Position numbers and translations under genes: made by a program. The notes beneath the pieces were generated by a model, which made no database searches, had not been told where the DNA came from, and saw only the letters and a list, made by a program, of their open reading frames with translations. From Candidatus Aenigmatarchaeota archaeon (GTDB lineage Archaea; Aenigmatarchaeota; Aenigmatarchaeia; QMZP01), in contig JBDRSV010000013.1 of the NCBI GenBank assembly GCA_043824495.1, positions 1 through 18,743 of the forward strand: DNA of 18,743 bases, read 5' to 3'. Position 1 is the stretch's first letter. Each line of letters starts with the position of its first letter. Shown here one piece after another: positions 1-7,804 of the stretch.

Positions 1-511
1 TTCCATCAATACAATTTGACCAATCACCACAATTCCAATTTTCGCAGATTTCCCCACCTTGCACATCTTCATGTCCTGTACAATCAGGTTCGCATTCTGT
101 ACATTCTCCTATCCTCTTTTTACACACATTAGGACATATCATTTCTGTTCCGTCTGGACATATTACAATCGTGCTTTTACATACAACATTATCACATTGA
201 GTAAAAATTTGTACACTTGTTTTTTCATGTCCCTCACAAGATGGTACACATGTACTACATTCTCCTTCGGAACAAATGTTTTCACATTCCATTTCTTCGC
301 CGTCTGGACACGTTTCTGTTGATAATTCACAAACAACATTCTCGCAGGGATCTGTTTCTAACTCTATAGAATTCGTTTCAGAGTCGGATATGCCTGTTCC
401 TGTAGGATTTTCTGTATTATCTTCAGTGAAATCATTTACCTGTACCTCGCTTTGGGTACACCCAGAAATAAGAATAATCAAAAAAATTGCCAATAATATC
501 ACAATCTTCAT
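1..511 (-). CDS. Cys-rich repeat lipoprotein / surface protein (partial, runs off window start)
   Basis: Hand translation from ATG at 511 is open to base 1: MKIVILLAIFLIILISGC-TQSEVQ... (hydrophobic signal plus ISGC lipobox), an acidic linker, two Cys-rich repeats, then CENWNCGDWSNCIDG. Absent from the ORF track, probably because the stop lies outside the window. Confidence 0.85.
   Translation of the reverse strand, partial: MKIVILLAIFLIILISGCTQSEVQVNDFTEDNTENPTGTGISDSETNSIELETDPCENVVCELSTETCPDGEEMECENICSEGECSTCVPSCEGHEKTSVQIFTQCDNVVCKSTIVICPDGTEMICPNVCKKRIGECTECEPDCTGHEDVQGGEICENWNCGDWSNCIDG
68..346 (-). repeat. Two intragenic Cys-rich repeats (8 Cys each), 150-nt period
   Basis: CENVVCELSTETCPDGEEMECENICSEGECSTCVPSCEGHE (346-224) and CDNVVCKSTIVICPDGTEMICPNVCKKRIGECTECEPDCTGHE (196-68). 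The DNA word cgtctggaca occurs at 151-160 and 301-310. Confidence 0.85.
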
Positions 512-547
512 ATATGTTTTTTAATTTAAAGATTAATATGTCTTTGT

Positions 548-648
548 GGACCCGTAGCTCAGGGGATAGAGCAGTACAGTCTCAAACGCTGAACCTCCTA
601 TTCTTTGGGGACAGGTGAAGGTCGTGCGTTCGAATCGCACCGGGTCCG
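548..648 (+). tRNA. tRNA-Arg(CCU) with two introns (578-593 at position 30/31; 601-612 at position 37/38)
   Basis: Acceptor stem GGACCCG/CGGGTCC with discriminator G648, D-arm GCTC-AGGGGATA-GAGC containing A20, T-arm GTGCG-TTCGAAT-CGCAC. Removing both introns gives a 73-nt cloverleaf with anticodon loop CT-CCT-AA. Both introns fit BHB or relaxed-BHB geometry. Confidence 0.88.
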
Positions 649-660
649 CTAAGTGATGAT

Positions 661-1413
661 ATGAAGAAGGTAAGTTTCACAGTAGAAGATGAGAATATTA
701 TAGGAATTTGGCATACTCCTGTGAAGGAGTCTTCTTTAGGCATAATTATGATTCACGGATTTAAGGGAGATAAGGATGAACGTGACAGATTTGTTAAGAT
801 TGGTCAAATATTTGCTGATAACGGATTTCATGTTTTGAGGATTGATTGTAGAGGTTCGGGAGAAAGCGATGGTGAATTTATAGACATGAACATTTTAACA
901 GAAGTGGCTGACACCTTAGGTGCTGTTCAATATATGAAAAGGAAAGGCATTAAGCGTGTTGGTTTATTTGGACATAGTTTGGGTGGAGAAGTTGTTCTTT
1001 TGGCGTCTTTAGCTGCTGACGTAAGAGGAGTTGTTGTAACAGCTCCAGCAACATACTCTGACAATTTGCTGAAACATTTAACTCCTTCTAATGTAGAAGA
1101 TCTGGAAAAGAAGGGATACATAATAATAATCTCAAAATCATCTGGAAAGCCATTCATGGTCAACAAGAGATTTTTCCAAGTTGTTAAGAAGATAAACATA
1201 GAGGAAAAACTAAAAGACGTTAAGAAACCTGTCTTGATAATACATGGAAATGAAGATAAGAATATACCAGTTCACTATTCTGAAGAGGCGTATGAAAAAT
1301 TAGGTGGTATAAAAGAACTTCATATCATAAATGGCACTGATCATGAATTCGCTGGATATTTAGAAGAGATTGCAGGCCTCGCAACTAAATGGTTTGAGAA
1401 AACCCTGAATTAG
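661..1413 (+). CDS. Alpha/beta-fold hydrolase (esterase/peptidase-like)
   Basis: IHGF oxyanion motif, GHSLGG nucleophile elbow, HGNEDKNIP (Asp) and GTDHEF (His) of a Ser-Asp-His triad. Confidence 0.9.
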   Translation: MKKVSFTVEDENIIGIWHTPVKESSLGIIMIHGFKGDKDERDRFVKIGQIFADNGFHVLRIDCRGSGESDGEFIDMNILTEVADTLGAVQYMKRKGIKRVGLFGHSLGGEVVLLASLAADVRGVVVTAPATYSDNLLKHLTPSNVEDLEKKGYIIIISKSSGKPFMVNKRFFQVVKKINIEEKLKDVKKPVLIIHGNEDKNIPVHYSEEAYEKLGGIKELHIINGTDHEFAGYLEEIAGLATKWFEKTLN

Positions 1414-1451
1414 CGATTTTATTTAAATTTTAGTAATAACAATAATCATAT

Positions 1452-2198
1452 ATGACTAGGATAATTGCTATTGCTTCTGGGAAGGGGGGTGTTGGGAAAA
1501 CAACAATGACTGCTAATCTCGCTGCTGCTTTGTCAAAGTTTAACAAATCTGTAATTGCAGTCGATGGTAATCTAACAACTTCTAATCTTGGAATACATTT
1601 AGGAATTCCACTGTATCCAATTACTTTACAAGATGTAATTCAAAGAAAATCGAGAGTTGAAGAAGCAATTTATTTTCATAAATCAGGTTTCAGAGTTTTA
1701 CCTTCTGACGTCTCACTAACAAAAATTATAAATCCTAGGTCTCACGATTTCATTGACTTATTCTATAAACTCGTAGGAAGTGCGGATATTGTTTTGATTG
1801 ATGTTGCTGCTGGTTTAGGATCAGAAGCTCTAGCTGTTTTAGATGCAGCAGATGAATTAATTACAATAACAAATCCTGAATTATCAGCAATAACAGATGC
1901 ACTTAAACTAGGAAAGCTTGCAGAAAAAATGGGAACAAAAAATATTGGAGTTGTTATAAACAGATTCAAAAAACACCCTCATGATATACACCATTTAGAT
2001 GTCAAGGATTTCCTTGGAATGAATGTTCTTGGAACTGTAAGAGAAGATAGAAAAATATCAAGGGCAACACATGAAAAAGAGCCTATCATAACACGAGAAC
2101 CAAATTCAAGAGCAGCTCAAGAAATAATGGCAATCGCAGCTAAGATAGCTGGAGTAGAATTCAAACCTAAAACTGGTTTCTTTAGTTGGTTGAGGTAA
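1452..2198 (+). CDS. minD: Archaeal MinD-family ATPase
   Basis: Deviant Walker A SGKGGVGKTT, VDGNL, LIDVAAG, and a C-terminal amphipathic GFFSWLR tail. Confidence 0.85.
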   Translation: MTRIIAIASGKGGVGKTTMTANLAAALSKFNKSVIAVDGNLTTSNLGIHLGIPLYPITLQDVIQRKSRVEEAIYFHKSGFRVLPSDVSLTKIINPRSHDFIDLFYKLVGSADIVLIDVAAGLGSEALAVLDAADELITITNPELSAITDALKLGKLAEKMGTKNIGVVINRFKKHPHDIHHLDVKDFLGMNVLGTVREDRKISRATHEKEPIITREPNSRAAQEIMAIAAKIAGVEFKPKTGFFSWLR

Positions 2199-2200
2199 TT

Positions 2201-2755
2201 ATGCCCACGTTTTTTATTGTACATGGTGCCTATGGAAACCCAGAAGGAAACTGGTTTCCATGGCTAAAAGAAGAGTTGGAGAAACTTGACTGTAGAGTTT
2301 TTGTTCCTAAATTTCCAACACCTGAAGGACAGAATTTAGATAACTGGTTAGTTGTTGCTGAAGAGTATGTACACTACTTCGATGAGAACACATTTTTTGT
2401 GGGTCATAGTATAGCCCCAGCGTTTTTGCTAAGCTTATTAGAAAAGTTGCAAATTCCGATCAAAGCTGGATTTTTTGTTTCTGGATTTTTAGATAATATT
2501 AACAATCCAACATTTGATACAATCAACAAAACATTTTACAGAAAATTTGATTGGAAAAAAATTAAACGTTCATGTAAGAAATTCTATGTTTTCCATTCAG
2601 ATAACGATCCATATGTTCCTCTTAACAAGGGAAAAGAGCTTGCAAGGAGACTGGAAACCGACCCTATCATCGTTAAGGGTGGTGGCCACTTAAATGCAGA
2701 ATCTGGATATTATAAGTTTAATTTACTTTTAGAGAAAATAAAATCTGAACTATAA
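2201..2755 (+). CDS. RBBP9/YdeN-family alpha/beta hydrolase
   Basis: IVHGAYG...NWFPWL, GHSIA, SDNDPYV, GGHLN. Start placed at ATG 2201, after GAGGT at 2192-2196. Confidence 0.88.
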   Translation: MPTFFIVHGAYGNPEGNWFPWLKEELEKLDCRVFVPKFPTPEGQNLDNWLVVAEEYVHYFDENTFFVGHSIAPAFLLSLLEKLQIPIKAGFFVSGFLDNINNPTFDTINKTFYRKFDWKKIKRSCKKFYVFHSDNDPYVPLNKGKELARRLETDPIIVKGGGHLNAESGYYKFNLLLEKIKSEL

Positions 2756-4399
2756 CAAACTCAAATCTAATTCAAAAGCAGATGTTGGTATCTCCAATTT
2801 CCAGTTGTTTAGAACTTGTGGATGAATCTCTCCTACTATACCAACTTCTTTTCCATTTGCGATTATTTTTGCTGTTCTTCCCGGAATGAAACTTGAATGA
2901 TCTGTTACATCTAGTTTGTATTCAATTCCTAAGTTGCTTAGTAAGAAATCTAGAATAGATGTGATGTCTTCGTATCCTGCACCGGAATCACTTATAATCG
3001 CTGCTAATTTTTTAACATCAGATGTCTTGGTTTCTTTTTTTGGATCTATTAATATACAATCTCCTAGTTCGAATATTTTTTGTGGGAATTCTCTATGCAT
3101 GTTTTGTGATAAGAAATCTAGAAGTCCTGGAACCATCCATGTTCTGAACACAGACCAGTTACTTGATACCGGATTACTTATTTCTACTATATTTGCTTGA
3201 GGCATATTCATTTTATCAAATAAAGCTTCTTTGTTTGTAAGCATATAGGACATAACTTCCTGCAACCCAGATCCGATCATAATGTCTGTTATTCTGTTGT
3301 GGAAATATTCTCTGTCATGCAATCTACCCTTTGTAACCAGCAATGGTTCTTCTGGTTTGATTTTATTATAACCATATGAAATTACAACATCTTCTATTAC
3401 ATCCATTTCGTGCATTATGTCTTGTCTATAAGCAGGATACATCAACTTAATTTCTTCTCCCATCTGTTTTATTTTATAACCGGATTTTTCCAGAAGTTTT
3501 GTTATTTCCACATCTGTGAGACTGAACCCAGCTAATCTGATTATGTTTTCTTTGTTCACACTAGTTTCCTTTGGTGTCAGATTAGGTGTAGTTATCTTTT
3601 TGTTTCCATAGACTACATCCACTGTTTCTATGACACCGCCTCTGTCAGCTAGAGCAGTCACTAAAACATTAAGCGCTGTTTGTAAAAATTTTAGATTAAA
3701 TCCTGAACATTCAATGAAAACTTTTTTCGTGTTTGTTGTAACCTTTCCTGTATATTCAGAATTGATTATAGGAGGTATTGATAGCACTTCTCCTGCTGCA
3801 TCTATGAATATTGGATAAGCTGTTAATCCTTTAAGTAAGTGGCCGAATTCTTTTCCTTTTGGATGTTGTTCTAAGATTTGTTTTGGTGTCATTTCTTTAG
3901 AAAATTCTAATGGGATAAATTTAATTCCAGACGGAGCAACTGATGTAAATTTAATAGGAGATTTAATCTTACTCATGTCATAAGCTCCCATTGCAATTTC
4001 TTTTCTATTTCTTCCAAATGTCATGGAAACTTTTTCTTGGAGCTGAATCATTTGCTCTAGAACACTTGTTGTTATATTTAGATTGCTCACAACTGCACAA
4101 ACAGTATATGGTCGGATGTTCTTCATTTTAGGATCTACACGAACTTCAATTCCAGACTTTTTCGTTTTATACTCCGGGAATGATGTTTTATATCTCATTT
4201 TAATTTCTCGAGCTAATCCTTCTACTGACCAAAGATCAGGTCTGTTCGTATCTTTAATATCAATTTTTAGTTGATCCCCGTCTTGTTCCTCTAGCTCGCC
4301 CTTTGCGTATAGAACCGCTTCGTCTTGGAGCTGACTTAATGTCAAGTTCTTCCCTACAAGGGAATTCAAATCTCGATGTGACACACATATTGTTGGCAT
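2750..4399 (-). CDS. pheT: Phenylalanyl-tRNA synthetase beta subunit (archaeal type)
   Basis: MPTI start overlapping the pheS stop (TAATG), NRPDLWSVEG, PPIINS, YRQDIMHEMDVIED, GEIHPQVL. Confidence 0.97.
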   Translation of the reverse strand: MPTICVSHRDLNSLVGKNLTLSQLQDEAVLYAKGELEEQDGDQLKIDIKDTNRPDLWSVEGLAREIKMRYKTSFPEYKTKKSGIEVRVDPKMKNIRPYTVCAVVSNLNITTSVLEQMIQLQEKVSMTFGRNRKEIAMGAYDMSKIKSPIKFTSVAPSGIKFIPLEFSKEMTPKQILEQHPKGKEFGHLLKGLTAYPIFIDAAGEVLSIPPIINSEYTGKVTTNTKKVFIECSGFNLKFLQTALNVLVTALADRGGVIETVDVVYGNKKITTPNLTPKETSVNKENIIRLAGFSLTDVEITKLLEKSGYKIKQMGEEIKLMYPAYRQDIMHEMDVIEDVVISYGYNKIKPEEPLLVTKGRLHDREYFHNRITDIMIGSGLQEVMSYMLTNKEALFDKMNMPQANIVEISNPVSSNWSVFRTWMVPGLLDFLSQNMHREFPQKIFELGDCILIDPKKETKTSDVKKLAAIISDSGAGYEDITSILDFLLSNLGIEYKLDVTDHSSFIPGRTAKIIANGKEVGIVGEIHPQVLNNWKLEIPTSAFELDLSLL

Positions 4400-5640
4400 T
4401 AAACTCTTTGCCTCCTCAACCAATCTATGTCCTGAGAGAATAATTGTCTGATATCTTTTATTCCGAGTTTGTACATTGCTAGTCTGTCAATACCAAGACC
4501 CCATGCCATAACTGGATCTTTCACTCCAAGCGGGAGGTTTAATTCTGGTCTGAACATTCCTGCTCCTCCAAGTTCTACCCATCCTAATATAGGATGTTTT
4601 GCAGACATCTGAACTGAAGGTTCTGTGAATGGATAATAATCGGGGAAGAATTTTACTTTATCTGCTCCTGCTATTTCTATAGCAAACATTTTTAGAATTC
4701 CTAACAAATTTTTGAAATTAAGGGAAGGATCAACAATGATTCCTTCAACTTGATTAAACTCAACTCCGTGAGTTGCATCTATTACATCTGGTCTGAAACA
4801 TCTCGAAATTGCGAAGTATTTTCCTGGAATCTCTGGCCCCTTTGCTAGCTGTCTAGCAGAGCAAGCCGTTGTATGTGCTCGTGGCATAAGCCTAGCTGCT
4901 TTCTTTGGATCCCATGTATATCCCCAGCCAGTTGAACCTGTTTTACCCCCATTTTCATGAGCTGCTTTGACACTTGCTACTATCTTTGGATTAGGTAAGC
5001 TTCCTTGAGTTGGATTTTTTAGAGAATATGTTTGTGTCCAATCACGTGAAGGATGATTCTGTGCCTGGAATAAAGCATCAAAGTTCCAGAACTCTGTTTC
5101 TATATGATTTCCATCCATTTCGATGAAACCTAGTTCCACTAATTTTCTTTTCACTTCAGATAAGAATGTATTATATGGATGTCGTTTACCAGCATAAATT
5201 TTCTTTCCAGTAGCCGCTACATTATATGATTTTATTTTAGTTTTTTTCCATGCACCAGATTTAATTAATTCCGGTGTAAGCTGTGTAACTTCTTTCCCTA
5301 TTTGGTTTTCCAATATTTTTGTGATTCCACCTTTAGATGGTTGTAGAAGTTTTCTTTTGATTAAAGCATTTTCTAGTTTTTCTGGAAGTTTTTTCTTTTC
5401 TTTTATGTAAAAGAGCCCGTCTTCTTCTGGTATATGAATAGGCACGCTCACTAAAACTATCTTACCCGCATCTATTTTTACCCACCCATTTTTCTTAGCG
5501 TGAGACAAAGCTATATTGAAATTATCTACTCTCTTCTTAGCTTCTTCGAAGGACATCGGTTTCTTTAGTATGTTCATCAAATTTCTCTCTGGCAACCCGT
5601 GTTCCAGATATTCCTTTCCTTCTGGGGTTAAAGCATACAT
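4399..5640 (-). CDS. pheS: Phenylalanyl-tRNA synthetase alpha subunit (N-terminally short)
   Basis: FWNFDALFQAQNHPSRD, RCFRPDVIDATHGVEFNQVEG, YYPFTEPS, ELGGAGMFRPE, AWGLGIDRLAM. Confidence 0.97.
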   Translation of the reverse strand: MYALTPEGKEYLEHGLPERNLMNILKKPMSFEEAKKRVDNFNIALSHAKKNGWVKIDAGKIVLVSVPIHIPEEDGLFYIKEKKKLPEKLENALIKRKLLQPSKGGITKILENQIGKEVTQLTPELIKSGAWKKTKIKSYNVAATGKKIYAGKRHPYNTFLSEVKRKLVELGFIEMDGNHIETEFWNFDALFQAQNHPSRDWTQTYSLKNPTQGSLPNPKIVASVKAAHENGGKTGSTGWGYTWDPKKAARLMPRAHTTACSARQLAKGPEIPGKYFAISRCFRPDVIDATHGVEFNQVEGIIVDPSLNFKNLLGILKMFAIEIAGADKVKFFPDYYPFTEPSVQMSAKHPILGWVELGGAGMFRPELNLPLGVKDPVMAWGLGIDRLAMYKLGIKDIRQLFSQDIDWLRRQRV

Positions 5641-5684
5641 AGAATCTATTAATTATTTACAAAGTATTATTATAAGTGTTGATT

Positions 5685-6248
5685 ATGAGCAAACATGGAG
5701 TCCCAAACGTGTTCAGGAGAATGATAGGATATCACGACAGTATATACGATATGATATCTCCTCATCTTAACGGGGGCGATGTTCTTAGCGTTGGCTGTGG
5801 AGAGGGACGAATGGAAGCTGAGCTCAAGGAAAGAACTGGTGTGAACATAGAAGGCTTGGAGGTCACAAAATATAAAAAATCTCGAATTCCTATCAAATTA
5901 TTTGACGGCAAAAAACTTCCTGTGAAGGATAAGAGTTATGAAACCGTGCTATTTGTTTACATGCTACATCACACACCAACTCCAAAAACAATAGAAAACA
6001 TGCTAAAAGAAGCTAAGAGGGTTGCCAGAAAAGATATAATCATATTAGATCATATATACACAAACTCATTAAGTAAGGCTTTACTCATGGTATATGATTA
6101 TACATCCAATGTGCTATATGATATGCCAATTCCATTAAATTTCTTGAAAATTAAAGAATGGGGAAGTATTTTCACTAAATTAAATCTAAAAGTTGAAGAA
6201 GCTGAGATACCTACACCAATGAATGTTTTCTTTAAGGTGAAAGTCTAA
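5685..6248 (+). CDS. Class I SAM-dependent methyltransferase
   Basis: VLSVGCGEG SAM motif I, LPVKDKSYETV, MLHH, and post-motif IIILD. First ATG at 5685 (the track starts at GTG 5676). Confidence 0.88.
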   Translation: MSKHGVPNVFRRMIGYHDSIYDMISPHLNGGDVLSVGCGEGRMEAELKERTGVNIEGLEVTKYKKSRIPIKLFDGKKLPVKDKSYETVLFVYMLHHTPTPKTIENMLKEAKRVARKDIIILDHIYTNSLSKALLMVYDYTSNVLYDMPIPLNFLKIKEWGSIFTKLNLKVEEAEIPTPMNVFFKVKV

Positions 6249-6529
6249 TGTTTGATGAGCCCCTGAGCAGCATACAGTATAGCTGGTTAGTTGTTGTGAA
6301 AGGGATAGAACGTGTGACAGACCCCGATGATCCTAGAATAGTAGAAGTTTACAGGTTTTCATGGGATGCGGACGATCCAGATTCTTTAGATGAGATAGAT
6401 GACAGAGCAGCTTTTACAAAAATAGGGGAGAAATACAGACTCTGGCCCAAAGGAGAATATCGTATTTTAAGTGGTGGAGGATCTGAAGAAGAGCTTACTC
6501 CAGAATTATTGGATTATATACAAGGATAA
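6248..6529 (+). CDS. Small acidic hypothetical protein (93 aa)
   Basis: TAATG overlap with the methyltransferase stop; fills the gap exactly up to the convergent gene. No family recognised. Confidence 0.65.
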   Translation: MFDEPLSSIQYSWLVVVKGIERVTDPDDPRIVEVYRFSWDADDPDSLDEIDDRAAFTKIGEKYRLWPKGEYRILSGGGSEEELTPELLDYIQG

Positions 6530-6530
6530 C

Positions 6531-7709
6531 TTACCAGAATTTGAAATCTACTTCAGATTCGCCTCTTTTCTTATCTTTGGCTCCTGAGATAAATCCTCTT
6601 GCATAGAATACCATCATCATTGGGAAATAGAAGAATATGTATGGGATTATATACAATGCATCTGATCTTCTTCTATGTTCTCCATGTGTTATAACTGCAA
6701 CGTGTCCCACAGAAGCTGTGGCCACTGAGGCTACCATTGTAGTTGCAAATGGTGTAAAGAACGCAAAGAATAGCATGAAGAATTCACTAATCGTAACTGC
6801 ATAAACCAAGTAGAGTGTTACTATTGGGATTATTAATAACATGGTCTGCCATGCAAAGAAGAAGAACATTGCAAGGATCATGATTAAGTAAGGCATGAAG
6901 TATAAGTGGAATTGTGAATTCTTGGAATACATTCTTTTATAATGCAGAAATGAATATAGTGTTCCTTTACCCCAACGTGTTCTCTGTTTATTTAATTCTT
7001 TTATACTATCAGGTTCTATTGTGTGCACAATTGCATCCGGTTCGTATTGAATTTTCATTCCCCTAGAAACCATCATACCTGCAAAATCTGTATCTTCTAT
7101 AAGCGTTTTTGGCCAACCACCGAGTTTTTCAAATGAACTTCTTCTGATAGCTATACCACATCCTCTAAAAGAAATCATTGAACCGAAAAACATGTGGACT
7201 TTGAAAAGAGCTGATTGTAACTGGTGCTCTAATGCAATTAATCTGGTTAAGAAATTTGTTCTATTTTTAATCATGAATTGTGGAGCAACTGCTTCTATTC
7301 CTTTTTTAGAGAACCAAGGAACTACTTTATTGAGAACATCCTTATTCATTGTTGTGTCAGAGTCCAAGAAGAACAAGATTTCTCCTTTAGCTTTTTTAAC
7401 TGCGTTATTCAAGGATTCTCCCTTTCCCCCTCGTGTGTTATTTTGAATACATCTAACTCCAAGTTCTTTACAAATATCTGGAGTTCCATCATTAGAATCA
7501 TTCACAACAATTATCTCTTTATTTTTATAATCAAGGTTCTTTGCAGATTCTATTGTGTCTCTTATTACTGCTTCTGAGTTATATGCTGGAATTAGAATAG
7601 AAACTAATGGTGTTTTCTTAAGCGTAGGTCTAACTCGACTTGTTTCCCATCTGTGACCCATGTACCAAAAAGTCCCTGCTAAAACCACGAGTGTTATAAT
7701 GATCCACAT
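6531..7709 (-). CDS. Processive GT2 glycosyltransferase (CesA/PgaC-like), membrane-bound
   Basis: ILIPAYN, VNDS, FLDSD (DxD), EDTD and QRTRW (QxxRW) motifs, with one N-terminal and several C-terminal TM segments. Start placed at MWIII (7709); the track start at 7757 overlaps the divergent ORF as the track calls it (7748). Confidence 0.9.
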   Translation of the reverse strand: MWIIITLVVLAGTFWYMGHRWETSRVRPTLKKTPLVSILIPAYNSEAVIRDTIESAKNLDYKNKEIIVVNDSNDGTPDICKELGVRCIQNNTRGGKGESLNNAVKKAKGEILFFLDSDTTMNKDVLNKVVPWFSKKGIEAVAPQFMIKNRTNFLTRLIALEHQLQSALFKVHMFFGSMISFRGCGIAIRRSSFEKLGGWPKTLIEDTDFAGMMVSRGMKIQYEPDAIVHTIEPDSIKELNKQRTRWGKGTLYSFLHYKRMYSKNSQFHLYFMPYLIMILAMFFFFAWQTMLLIIPIVTLYLVYAVTISEFFMLFFAFFTPFATTMVASVATASVGHVAVITHGEHRRRSDALYIIPYIFFYFPMMMVFYARGFISGAKDKKRGESEVDFKFW

Positions 7710-7804
7710 ACGTGCTTTATTATATGTATTCTTATAAATATATGTAATTGTGTACAAGTCGTAGGGTATTTATTACGCTATTGCTACAAAATATAAAGGA
7801 ATTT

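Noticed and set aside
59-524. Plus-strand ORFs 59-322 and 276-524
   Set aside because: They are antisense shadows of the Cys-rich lipoprotein on the minus strand.
548-648. tRNA as an integration (att) site for a mobile element
   Set aside because: I saw no duplicate of the tRNA 3' end and no integrase in the window.
4400-4423. Track start of pheT at 4423 (MVEEAKSL)
   Set aside because: It lies inside pheS; the conserved MPTI start at 4399 overlaps the pheS stop (TAATG).
7710-7804. Overlapping track starts for the GT2 (7757) and glyS (7748)
   Set aside because: The extensions are non-conserved AT-rich sequence. Starts at 7709 and 7805 leave a normal divergent promoter gap.
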